The notes under the pieces were generated by a model. The model was not told the origin of the DNA and made no database searches. It saw only the letters and a list, made by a program, of their open reading frames with translations. A stretch of DNA of 64,000 nucleotides from Ptychomitrium polyphyllum. Lineage: Eukaryota. Where the stretch lies: contig OZ316776.1 of NCBI GenBank assembly GCA_973851085.1, forward strand, positions 4,774,001 through 4,838,000, read 5' to 3'. Numbering within the stretch: the stretch's first letter is position 1; each line of letters begins with the position of its first letter. The position numbers and the translations under genes were made by a program. Positions 13,556 through 25,757 of the stretch are shown piece after piece.

Positions 13556-13761
13556 ATCCAAGAAATATCAAACCTTACATTTTAAAAAATGAATTGATAT
13601 CCTTGAAGGATGGTCCATCTTATGTAAAGAAGTAAATTAAGGCATTTGTAAAGAAGTAAATTAAGATCCAAGAAATATCAAACCTTACATTTTAAAAAAT
13701 GAATTAATATCCTTGAAGGATGGTCCATCTTATGTAAAGAAGTAAATTAAGGCATTTGTAA
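13556..13761. repeat. 110-bp-period tandem duplication in AT-rich intergenic DNA
   Basis: ATCCAAGAAATATCAAACCTTACATTTT...GGCATTTGTAA at 13556 and 13666, nearly identical, with a short sub-duplication (TGTAAAGAAGTAAATTAAG) at the junction. Confidence 0.9.
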
Positions 13762-14148
13762 GGTAAATAGATGCTTAAACCATGCAAGTACTTGATGAAG
13801 AGTCTCGTATAAATATATATGCTTTGCAAAATTACAGTTCAACTAAATTCCGATGATCATGCATTCTTTTTTACTCCCTTCAAAACATGAAAGTGTACAT
13901 GTAAATATCTTGCTCCCAATGAGAAAAATTATTGCAAACTTCCTACTCTACACCTCTCAAATGAATAGACAAGCAAACATCTCTGTTATAGGAGGTCACT
14001 GTTGAGCACTTTGCTTCAGCAACCAACCTCTCTAACAATGAATAAATAAAATGGTATCATGCACTGATACACTGACTTTGGGTGGTTGGAAACAACTAGC
14101 ACCAAAACGATAAATCTATAATCTTCTTCTCACTGCATGTTGCAAACA

Positions 14149-17100
14149 TTACTTCGGATCCAGTATGGCTAAATGTTGCGATTGAAACACCCGTGTAGCC
14201 AATATGTTTCGGATTGGTACAAGAGCCAAAATCAGTACAGGGAATGTAATTCCTGCACAAGACAAAGCAGCTGTTCGTTCAACAAGCTAGAGCTACTAAG
14301 GCAGATGCAAGAAACAATAGATGGAGGAGCGAAACAACATGAACAATAAATGAGACTGACCAAGTGACAATCAAGATTTACCCCATTTGCTTTCTTTCAG
14401 ATTCCATAGAGCCCAGAGACAAGCTAGCTGCAGGGCGGTGAACTTCTGGACTTCAATCTTCGGTACTTGCTTTGTGAATTCATGCTCCGGAGTTAATTCC
14501 GGATGGTATAGCCAAAGCTTTACCCTGAAAATTCCAACAACAAATGCTTTTGAGTTTGAACTCAACCTATACATACACAAGATTGTTGACAGTGCAGCCG
14601 ATTTGACGTTGGCACTGAACTGAGCAACTTGAACTCTTCTTAATTGCGAATTGTTTTCAACAGTATTTGGTGGTGCAAAAGGGTAAATAGTAAAGAATAA
14701 GATACAGTAGAGATGCCTTGCCTCTCTACAAACTGATTGCCATTGATGATGCCCAGTGACATAAATACAAAAAGGCCGCTTGTAACCTGCTTTTGCAATC
14801 CAGCATAAATCAGAATCATAACACATAAATAAGGAACTCCATTTTACATTACATTCATTAGCTGGATGACCCTGCACCATGATCAGCAGTACCAGGAAAG
14901 TACTCCACTTTCTCTCCTAGTGCTAAACTTTACCAAGCATTGCCTACAGTTGGAGTATCTAACCAGATGCTTTGCTGTAGAAGTGGTGCAGGGTCATCCT
15001 ATGTAAGAAGATGACTAGTCATTCAACATATCAGCTGCAGCCATAGACACTGCTAGGGAAAGGTCCAGTTGTTACCGGGAGTGGAACAAGTCGCAGAAGT
15101 GGCCAAAATGCTAATGACGAGCCCACACCCATCTGCCGATACACATTCAACCCTCAGATGATTATATGTACCTCATCTTTGCAAACTATCAATTAGACAT
15201 TGTCAAGATTCTATATTTGTCAACACTGCATGTTCTCAACTGCCGGGATAATATCCATGGATTGTGGGCATGCATGTTCCTCCACAAAAGGGTTAGGAAC
15301 GACTGTTAAGCTCAAATGGAGAGAACCGGTTCATGGTTGCAAACAATCAGGAGAATCTCACAAGCAAATTAGTTAAAGAAAACTATGTAGTGCGCAGGAA
15401 GGCATGGAATTGGGAACATGAGCAGTACAGAGATCATGATGCCTGTAAGACGATTTTCCAGCACACGAGGTCTAGCCTCTTCCTTCTTGGTATCTTCAAT
15501 TTCACTGTTGCACAAAACTCAAGCTCAGCAACTTTGGGGCTTACAGTTTCTCGAAAGCAAATTCTCAATTTTAAAAAAGGATTAATCTTTGATATTAAGA
15601 GTTTTGAAACTCGTCAACATTCCACAATAACAATTGCAGTTCTGTATGAAAAGTACATGACAGATGCAGTCTTTGCTGGAACAATTAGACTGCGAACGTG
15701 GTTCAAAGATGGCACTGCCGAGGCCACCATCCAGGGCAACCCAAATAAAGATGCAAGTGCCGTGGTCACTGCCAGAGTACAATCATAATACGTTAAGGTT
15801 CTGAAAAGGAATCCTCAAGTGACCAAAAAAACTTTAGTTGGAGGCTCAAGATAATAAAATCAAAAATGTTTATGATTTGCAAGGTCTATCATTTAAGAGA
15901 GCATAAAACAAGCAGCATATCTAACAGACTAAGCTCAACTTGGTAAGTTTTCTGAACATTGCAAACGATGCCCAAATGAAGTTATTACCTCCAACCACAG
16001 CCAAATCAAGGTTGTATCCTTCGCTTTTCTGAAGTGGAGGAGACGGAAACTTATTCACAAGCCGAATGGTCATAGTCTGCAAATAAGCACAGCATAATCA
16101 TTAAGTCAAACCATGAGAGATCAAAACGAACTTGACAATTGTGCACCATCTTCCAGCTCGAAAGGGTCACAGAAAACAAACAGCACATGACACGAGAGAA
16201 GGAGCTCTTAAAGCAAGAAAAACTCACCTGATCAAGAAAAATCAGCAGACTAACAAAGACTGCAGGAATGGCCGATGCAGCGATAACCCAAGGGGGTATG
16301 CTGAACAGGGGCACAAGCCAGGGGCGGCCTGCGGTTGCTGCTATTTTTGAGGCTGCTGGCATCAGAGGTAGTGGTACTGATGAAAAAAATCGAAGTGGCA
16401 CCATAGACATGAGGAAGATTGCTAAAGGAGGTCCGAAATCGGCTATGACACCGGCAACTGGGCGTAGCAGCAAGCGTGAAGTTCGCAGCTGTAGTCCATT
16501 TCAAACACAATTTAATCACTAAAATCTTATTTGAAAGGAGGCTTTTCACAGTCAATGGCAGTGTAAGTTACTCTCAAAGATATAGCAGTTTTGAAACGAG
16601 TATTGCAGAGTGAAAGTATCTTCTGATTTAGCTGATGATGAGAAAGACCCCTTCAAATGTACATTCAACCTCATATCCAGTTTATACAATAGTATGACCA
16701 CTTCATTCAACTCATTAAAGATTTGCTTGATTAAACACGATTGGAAACACAGCAAGAAAGAGTCTTAATAAATCAGGGGTTTTATAACAAATGTGAGGAT
16801 GGGAACCTGAGTTAAAACTTTGGCAGTCGCATAGGTCCCAGCAGCCAGAACAAACGACAACAAGGCGGTCTCGATGGGATAAGAGCTGGCAGGGCTGTAC
16901 AAACTTGCAACACCCTGCACGCAAACAATGTGTCATAAGTATCAAGATGAGGAACTGTACCTATTTCAGAGTTCTCTAACAAGGCACAAACATTTAAATC
17001 AATTAGCAAACGAACCTTGTATGCTTCACACATGAAGCCAATGGAGATGAATGCTGTGAATGTCTCGTCCACGAACCTCGTCAAGTACTTGACTACCTGC

Positions 17101-18552
17101 TCACATGCATAAAGCACAATTCAGAAACGACTCCGCTTTTCATTGATCATATTGAAGTGAGAATTACCTTCGTAGTACTACGTCAATTTTAATTTTTTTA
17201 TGAAATTACCTCAGAGCTGGCCTCCAGAGCTCCCATAGCAAGAAGAAACATGCACGACCAGATGCCGACCCAGCCGTAAACAGGAAAAAACGGAACTGAG
17301 ACTTGCTTTGTTAACTGTCACCAAAGAGGAAAAAACAATTCGTTAAGTGCGAAACTTCGATTTCGAAATAAAAGGAAAATTAAAAACATAGTTTTAATCT
17401 CGGCATGGTCGCCTTACCCTGTACAAAGCACCAGTGATCGCGACCATGAAGCCGGTGGGGCCAAGTAGAGTGAGAGGTTGTGCCGCCAATGAAGAGTATA
17501 TGAGCCCTGACACTGCAGAGAAGCAACGAAACCGAAAGAAGTCCAAATGTTACTGAAAATACACGGAATTGCAAGTTTGTACAGCTTCACGAGGTGTTTG
17601 AAGCATCAAAGATTTACGAAGAGTGCACGGAGATCATTGTAGTGTTTTAGGTGGAATTTTGTTTTACCTGCACAACTTATTATAGTCTCAAGAAGCCCCA
17701 TCTGACATGCTGTAACGCGCGAAATCATTCTGAACCGCGACACAAGAACACGAAAAAAGATCACAGTATGCAAATGGGTGCAATGCAAGAATACGAGAGA
17801 ACTGCTCACAAAACGAGATGTACAGAGCATGTAAAGGTGACCTTAATCGGTTATTGTCTAAAGGCAAAGCAAAATCGTAGGAAAAATAAAGGAGATAAAC
17901 AAACACAGCAAACACTGCCTAGCAGGCGTGTAACTGACCCGCCGAAGGCAAAGCATGGCGCAAGCGAGGCGAAGATCATGTAGGCCACGGCACTGACGGT
18001 CTTAGGGTGGAATCCATCCGTGTAGTCGCTGAGGTAGTGCGGAAGTCTGCGTTCAATATCCTTGGTAATGCCAGCTCCAAACCCTTGAGCTCCATTCCCT
18101 GCTTCATCGAACGATTCGAATGCATCAACGCTAGCAGTTGCTGCCCGACACTTCACCGACCCCAGCTCATTCTCAGAAATGGACCTCCTGCTCCGTAAGG
18201 GGAACTCTAGCCCTAAAGTGTTGGTATGTCTCCTTGAGCTCCATACGCCATAATGTGCATTATAGGTTAAGCACTCAAATCTTGTGGACTGCTGCAAGCG
18301 CTTGCAATATCTTGCTTCCTTTCTGTGAAAGAGTGGACCAGTTTTTAGAGCTTGGATGGAAGTAAACGCCCGACGTAGTGTTGCAGAAGGAGAATTCGAA
18401 AGCACTCCTGATCCACTACCTAAGAGCGTCTGTACACAAATTGGATGCAGTGAGTGAGTCAGGACCAATAACTCAACCAAAATTACAGTCCTGGATAGGA
18501 ACAGAGCTGATTAAAAGAAAACGGGCTGGAAAATATGTTGTACAGCTGCCAT
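14149..18552 (-). CDS. SLC4 (HCO3-/anion exchanger family) transporter, membrane domain only, with putative plastid transit peptide
   Basis: In-frame exons 18429-17939, 17729-17668, 17512-17418, 17314-17210, 17096-17016, 16914-16807, 16488-16228, 16076-15989, 15768-15657, 15504-15429, 15132-15076, 14786-14722, 14524-14382, 14252-14149, plus a tentative 9-nt start exon (MAA, 18552-18544). SLC4 motifs: DIERRLPHYLSDYTDG, FASLAPCFAFGG, QPLTLLGPTG, LTRFVDETF, IADFG, LIFLDQ, GYNLDL, GLPWMVASAVPSLNHVRSL, VLENRLTG, GNQFVERVKL, FTALQL, FPVLILALVPIR, HLAILD. Start codon uncertain. Confidence 0.88.
14864..14999. repeat. 16-bp perfect inverted repeat enclosing 104 bp inside an SLC4 intron (MITE-like or RNA stem)
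   Basis: GGATGACCCTGCACCA (14864-14879) and its reverse complement TGGTGCAGGGTCATCC (14984-14999). No clear TSD. Confidence 0.7.
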
Positions 18553-20345
18553 ACACAAGGGAATCATCAATCCTGTCTCGATCGACCTTGCTAGACTTTG
18601 GTTCTAAATTCTCTCAAAGAATTGCTTTCGAGAAAACAATTGCCAAAATGTGTCTCTGGTAATATGAGGATCGGCAAAAGGCTTCAGAGCTATGACCAAC
18701 TTTCAGCAAAGAAAATGGGTAACTCCGCGCCTAATTTGCCGCAACTGTAAATTTCTCACTCTTTCATTAATCGATGTTGCACCGAACATTCTCTAGAGCT
18801 GAGGGGTTCACCCGCCGCTCATAGCTTTCGTATTCTAGTAGCCTTCGCCACAAGTGGCTACATTGCCTCGTTTAAAAGTAATCGAGAAACGAAGGAGAAT
18901 CTCCACTCCACGCCAGTATGTAACAACTTTGGACCCTGGTCTCTGTCCAGCTACCACAACAACAAAGCCTAAACAAACTCTCCCACATTCTCTCCACGGA
19001 CTCCAAACAACGCTCACAACACCACACAATACAACACGAATCCAAGTACCTCCATAGCCTGCGAATTCATTGCGCAGCTGAATCACCGTAGAACCTTCCC
19101 ACAAAACTCGCCACAGCCCTCCCCACTCCTTAATCCACAGCAACCACGCCCCGTCTCCACTCTCGTATCACCTTCCCAGTTCCCAACACTCCCACCTCTG
19201 AACCTCATCCCACCCCTCCCCACTCACTCCATCCTCACAGTCGCCCAAACTCCATGCAAACCCAACCAGCAGCTCTGCTCAACCTGGGCATTCTCAGCCA
19301 GGAATCCAGCACCCAAGGCTGAGGCATGGTCTTGTGGGAGCTCGGGAGTGGGGACCCTTGGATCCCGGGAAGTGGAATCGGTTGTGGTTGTTGACAACGC
19401 TTGTCGCCTGCAACACAGCGTGGGCCGCGTCCTGTAACTGCACGCGAGCACAGCCGCGTCGCGTCACGTCGCGTCGCGTCGCTGAGGCCACGCCGATGTA
19501 GGGCTCCTCTCTGAGATCTAGGAGAATGTACATGCTGGAGCGGGTCATAAAGAGGGCGCTGTTTGTGGTGAATTGAGGGAATCCTTTTATGGGAATCGTC
19601 GACGGAATCTCTGAGGGAATGCTTTGATTGGATCGTTGACGGAATCGTTTCGTTTCGTGGGTTGGTACCGAGGTCCTGCAACGAAGGGTATGAAGGGAAC
19701 AGGAACAAATCATGCTGCAACTAAACAAAGCCTAACCAGACTAGGCAATGGAAACTGGAAACTACAAACTACGAGGCATATAAATACATAGGCATCTTCT
19801 TCTTAGGGTGCTAAAACTTTCAAGATAGTAAGTATCTTATGATGACATTTTATGTAATTTGAAAAACTGTCTTCAAAGCTTTTTATGTTCAATAGCAAAA
19901 GCAATTGGACATAAACTTGTAATAGCGGTGTTCTGAAATTTTGTATTAACTTAAAACTAATTCCAAGACATTAAAATTATAGCTATTGATACAAAAACTC
20001 AAAAAGAATTGAATGGATGTTAAAAAAAATTGAATGTGAATAAAAGAAGTATTTTGATTCAAATAACCTTGAATCTATGTTCTAATTTTTAGACGTTAAA
20101 ATAAGATAGAGGTATTTTGAAGGAATTTAGAAAATAGGCCCATCTTTAAAAAATTTATTTTATACTAAAGCTAAATAAATTTTTAAGCATAAAAACTTTA
20201 AAAAGCCATTCATAAGCTAAAGTGGAATAATTAACTTATATATAATTTGGTGGCTTACATTAATAAAGAAAAAATATACTTAGTCAAATTAATTTTGAAT
20301 TTAATACAAAAAATTCAATATAATTTAGCATATTACCAAACTTTA

Positions 20346-20826
20346 TATCACGGACATACATATTAGAAGCATTTAGAAAGGTTCTTAAAAGTTTTAAGAA
20401 GCTTCCAAGGAAATTTTTTTAACTTACAAAACTTCCTAAGAAGTTACCTTGGATTTAAAAAACTTTCAAGGAAGTTGCCTTTAGATTAAAAAGCTTTCAA
20501 AGAAGTTGCCTCGGCCAAGGAAGCTTCCAAGGAAGTTGCTTTGGCCTAGAAAACTTCCAAGGAAGCAACTCAAAGTTGCTTGAGTACAAAGCAATGTAGA
20601 TCAAGCTTCTTAAGAAGCTTTTGAGGCTTCTAATTCTAGTATATATAGGAGTTGAGGCTGTAGAGTTCTTCAGTCTCGACAACGCATTTCTTGTAGTCTA
20701 CTTTAGACCTTCTGGCCTTGTCTTTTGTATCTTGTTGTAGCTCTATACCTCTAATATACGTGGACTTATCTTATTCCACATCCTGGAATTCTAGAGCCTT
20801 GTCTTGTGGTTACTCTGTTTGTAACA
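20346..20826 (+). repeat. 5' LTR (481 bp) of the Gypsy element
   Basis: TA(TG mutated)..CA termini; internal ~30-bp repeats with AACTTCC(A/T)AGGAAGTT core; aligns with 29455-29905. Confidence 0.92.
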
Positions 20827-22392
20827 GTTTGTCGAGAATATCATACAACAATATCAAAGCTTGGTCTTCCTTGATAGAAAGCGGATCACCCCTCTTTCTC
20901 AAAAGCACTATAGCACTCTAAAGGTTGCAAATTACCCTCCTCTAGACTGATATTTTCTCTTGAATATTCTTTGGTTTCTTACATAGTTAGCAATTTTTAT
21001 CTATTTCCACTTCATTTCTATATCAGGAGGTGAAGAAATCAATATGACTGATTCAAAAGAAATGAAATTAGATTCCATTATCAATGCCTTTGAAGCATTG
21101 AGAATCAAGACCAAGATTTATCGAAGCAAAATAAAGAACTATTTTTGACCATACACAATGGTCAAGGAGCGGAAAAATACCACAGTTGCTATTCCAAATC
21201 AATTTAGGTGCTTCATTGTCTAAACTTGATTTGATAGATGACAAACAAGTTCAAGCTAGGAATTCAATGTCAATAATCAAAGAACCAAGAATCAGCCTTC
21301 CGGAGAAGTTTGATAATACGCGTTCAAAATTTCAAGGCTTTAGAAACCAAGTTCAACTTGTTACCTTGCTTCAACCTCGGCGGTATCCAACGGATGCTTT
21401 GCATATTGGTTTAGTTGGAATGTTGCTCTTATGATAAGCATTATCCTGGTTTGCACCACTTTTTGAGAAGAATTCCTCCATACTTAGCAACTTTGATGTG
21501 TTCCTAGTCGCATTTGCAGAAGCATTTGGTAACTATGAGAAGCTTTATTCTGCAACTACTAAAATTTGTACGTTGTGCCAAGGGCCACATTCTATGTCAA
21601 TTTATGCATTGGAATTTTGACAACTTGCATGCTATATCAATTGGGAAGAAGAAGCACTAATGTGTCAATTTCATTGGGATGTATGCGACAAGGTTAAGGA
21701 TTTATTGCTATCCATGCCAGACCTCCAAACACTTGATGAAGCCATCAGCCAAGCTTTGAAGTGCAATAATTGTCTATTTCAACATCGACAAGATAAACAG
21801 ACTTTGATTACGCCTCAACTCTATACCAACTTTTCAGTAGCTGCAGCCCTGTCTACCTCTAATAAGTACTTCGAAGCAAAAGCCATGCAAATTGATGCGC
21901 TTTGCTTCAAGCTCCTGATCGAATATGAGAAGAAGCGACAAAGGGAACAAGATTTGTATTTGTATTGTGAAAATTTTGGCCACAAGGTTGATAACTGCCT
22001 AGACAAACCTCCACATACATATCAGATGAAAGGTACAACCACGATGCCGAACACTTTTAGGAAAACAAAGACGTCAAGCCTTAATAGGAACTGTGTGGCT
22101 GGATTTGCTTCCTTCGTAAGAAAACAAAGATCTTATCTTATCAGCCCATCCTTCCTGTTGTTTTACTATACCTATTTTTTTAGATGTTCAGAAGCTGAAA
22201 AGCCTTGCTTTAATAGATTCAGGAGCCTTTGCTTGCTTTATTGACGAAAAATTTATAAAAACTCATAAGTATTATTTTAGTAGAAAATCCAAACCCATCT
22301 ATATAGAAGTCATAGATGGTCAACCATTATTTTCTAAAGATGTTATTCATGAGACCAATCCATTAACATTAACATTGAACAATCATAGTAGC

Positions 22393-23007
22393 TGTTACAG
22401 ACATAGATCATGCAACATAGTCTTTAGAACATTCTAGAACCTTCTAGTATACTATAATAGCTTCTTAGAATACTTTTAAATGTTTCCATAGCCTTTCCAT
22501 GTTCTTAAGAAGCGTACCAAGAAAGTTCCTCCATCTTAGGAAACTTCCTAGGAAGGTTCTATTATCTTAGGCAACTTCTTAGAAAACTTCCTATGAAGAT
22601 TCCATCACCTTACGAAACTTCCTAGAAAGGTTCTACCTCTTTAAGAAACTTCCTAAGAAGGTTCCACTACCTTAGGAAATTTCCAAGGAAGGTTCTAACT
22701 CCTTGGAAGCTTCTTCGGAAGGTTCCAACATCTTAAGAAATTTCTTGGGAAGGTTCCTTAGACTTCCAGAATATTCTTAAGTCTTGTAGGAAGCTTCTTT
22801 AGAAGTATCCTAGGAGATATAAACGTCATAGTATAAATACAAGGCAAGACAAGGTATTCCTTAGTCTTGCCAAACACAAGTTGTGGATCATCTTGAATCC
22901 TGCCTTGTTCTAGTCTTTATATCAAGTTCTTGTTAATCATTAGCTCTTTGGAAGCTAATTCTTGGAAAACACTTTCTTTCTGCTTCTTGTTTCTTGTGTT
23001 CCTAACA
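22393..23007 (+). mobile_element. Nested solo LTR A (615 bp) inserted in the host protease region
   Basis: TGTTA..TAACA termini; exact TSD GTAGC at 22388-22392 and 23008-23012; ~31-bp internal repeat array; TATAAATA at 22832. Confidence 0.9.
22426..22777. promoter_or_regulatory. Heat-shock-element cluster in solo LTR A
   Basis: aGAAc aTTCt aGAAc cTTCt (22426-22445, four alternating pentamers) and cTTCc aGAAt aTTCt (22763-22777), with many GAAnnTTC dimers between them, upstream of a TATA box. Confidence 0.5.
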
Positions 23008-23948
23008 GTAGCCATGTGATATTTAATGTCATTAAATCTCCGTCAAGTTCCATCAATCTAAGGCTTTTTTGGCTTGAAAAGTACAACCCGCAAATAGATT
23101 AGACATCTCGCAAAATAAAATTTCCATCATTATACCTTGTAACTATTAAGCCTATAAAGGAAGCTGAAGCATCTTATAGATCTAAAAAGCCTCTCATTGG
23201 AGCTAGAGCATTTATAAGAGCAGCAAAGACTAATGTTTCTTTTGCTGTGTATGCAATTCCAACGTCCAAAGTTGTGGCTTCATCCTCAATCATTCTAGAA
23301 AAGTATAAGGAGTTCAACAATGTATTTGAAAAGAAGAATGCAAACATTCTACTAGAACATCGTCTTTATTACTACACCATAGATTTTCTCGTCGACGTGC
23401 AACCACCATTTGGACCTATCTATAATTTATCCCAAAACGAGCTTTCATCACTAAGGAAGTATATAGATGAAAACTTAGCTAAGAACTTTATTCAGCATTT
23501 TAAATCTCCTGCTGGTACTCCAATACTTTTTGTAAAGAAGAAAGATGAACCTTTAAAAATGTGTGTTAATTACTGCGTCCTCAATAAAATGACGATGAAG
23601 AACCGATATCCATTACTGCTAATATCTGGACTTTTTGATTAACTCAGCCAAGCAAAAGTCTATACCAAAATAGACCTACGAGGAGCCTACAATTTGGTGC
23701 GCATCAAAAAATGAGACAAATGGAAGACAGCTTTTAAAACAAAGGTATTGATATTTTGAATATAACATCATGTCTTTTGAACTTACCAACGCACACGCCA
23801 TTTTTCAACATTTGATAAATGACATATTTTGAGAGTGCCTTGATGATTTTGTTGTATGCTATCTGGAGGATATTTTGATCTATTCAAAGAACCTAGAGGA
23901 CCATAAACAACATGTTTGCATAATTCTACAAAAACTACGAGATGCCGG

Positions 23949-25476
23949 TGTTGTGATGTAATTAATTGTATAATTTAAAACTTGAATAGTATTTGTTGTT
24001 TGGTATATTTAAAAAAGAGTATTAGGAAAAAAAAATTAGATTAAAATAAAGGTCGTGGTGAAACCACAATTTTTATTTATCTTAGAGGTGGAACCGCATC
24101 TTGTCTTAGCTTAAGGTGATTAGGCCGGTTGACTGTAATTTTTTCTGCCTGCCGTTTTCGCTAGCTGTACCAAGTTAAGTGTTGGCATTCTACTCAACAA
24201 ATTTGATAAGAATTGAACTCAAATTGGTTCAGCAGCTGAAACTTATCCAGTCCACCAAGTTCATGACTTGGTGTTTGAACCTACTTCGACAATGGTTTTA
24301 TTCTTAACTTATTTTTTATTGAATTTCAATCTTTTTTTTACTTTCTTTAATTTTTATTAGTTTTTTTTACTTTCTATTTTAGACTTGTAAAGGTTAATTT
24401 TATCTTCTTTGTAGTTGAAACCTAGAAGTTTCAACCAAAAACAAGAAGAAGAAAAAAAACAAAAGAAAGGGATTTATGTTGTTTTTTATTTGAAGATATG
24501 ATTAGATAAGGGTTTGATAAAGGAGATTAGGCTGATGTAGAGAGATATAACTGATGTGGAAAGATAAAAGGCGGATGTGGCGGTTTGACCACCGCTCTCT
24601 TCTTCTCTCTTAGCCTCTCCCACTAGAATAAGAAGGCAACCCTTCTTTGAATGAGATCTCATAGTATACTTTGTAGTTTGAGTTGATTTTTGTTGGATTT
24701 TCTTTCTTTCTTTGTAAGCTTTTTAGAAAGCCATCACACGCTCCATTTGAAATTAATATGTGGTCGTGGCTTTAATTTGAGTAAAATTAAGTTAGCTGCC
24801 TTGAATTTCTAAGGGCAGCTAGTTTGAATGTTTGTAACTTCTTATAGAAACGTCTTTTGTAAATGAAATTTTAAAAAAATGTTTTGATTATTTTGGAAAG
24901 ATGGTGTCAAAATTTGATAAGCATTGGACTTTTTGGTCAAAAGATATAAAGACAAATACAACCGGGACATAAAAGGCAGTGTACAATAGAGTTTGAGGTT
25001 ATACAATTTGGGTCATTATAGATGATAGAAGGATTTTTTAAGATTGATCTTTTGACAAGGTATTTATTATAAGATATGTATTATATATACAAAATTCAAA
25101 GTTTGAGTTTATTATAAAAGAAAAATTATGAAGTGGTAAAGTGATAGGGGTATAGGAGCTATAATAATGAAGAATGTAAACTTTGAAGTTATGGATCTTA
25201 GAAGGTACTAAGAATTTGGCAATCAAAATTTATATATAGTCTATCAAATATTTTAAGAAGGTTTTGTTAAAATTTTAGGTATTTTGGATTAGTTTGCTAG
25301 AAATTATGATATATTTAGCATTTGGGATTTTCAAGGCAGCGTAAAGAGAAAATTTGGAGTAGAGTATTTGCTTCATTGGGTATTAGAAATAGAAACTCTT
25401 CATGCTTCTTGACCTTGATCTATTAGATGCTAAAAAAGACCCTGTGTTTCCTATAGCTACCATTTTCACTACAACA
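23949..25476. mobile_element. Nested ~1.5-kb insertion, probable solo LTR B, in the host RT domain
   Basis: TGTTG..CAACA termini; interrupts [19 protein letters not shown] degenerate (CCGG(T) vs CCATT); no coding content. Confidence 0.75.
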
Positions 25477-25757
25477 CCATTTTGTATGCTAAGCTAGATA
25501 AATGTGTATTTTACAAACCTCAAGTAGAATTCCTTGGTTATATCATCTCTAACAAAGGACTATTGATGGATCCAAAGAAAGTCAAAGTAGTTAGCAATTG
25601 GATAAGGCCAAAATCGATATGTGACGTTCAATGCTTTCTTAGATTTGCAAACTTCTTTAGGATCTTCATCAAGGACTAACTTTGAATAGCTACACCACTC
25701 ACACTACTAAGATGCAAGGAAAAGCTTGAGTGGAGATCCGATGCTAAGGATGCTTTT

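Noticed and set aside
18835..19728. ORFs of 100-160 aa and a (CGCGT)n run upstream of SLC4
   Set aside because: Best explained as GC-rich leader/promoter DNA; overlapping frames show no protein signal and the motif run cannot be assigned a function.
22510..22760. CRISPR-like array of ~31-bp palindromic repeats
   Set aside because: Units are degenerate and abut without unique spacers, lie inside a TSD-flanked LTR, and no cas genes are present in this eukaryotic DNA.
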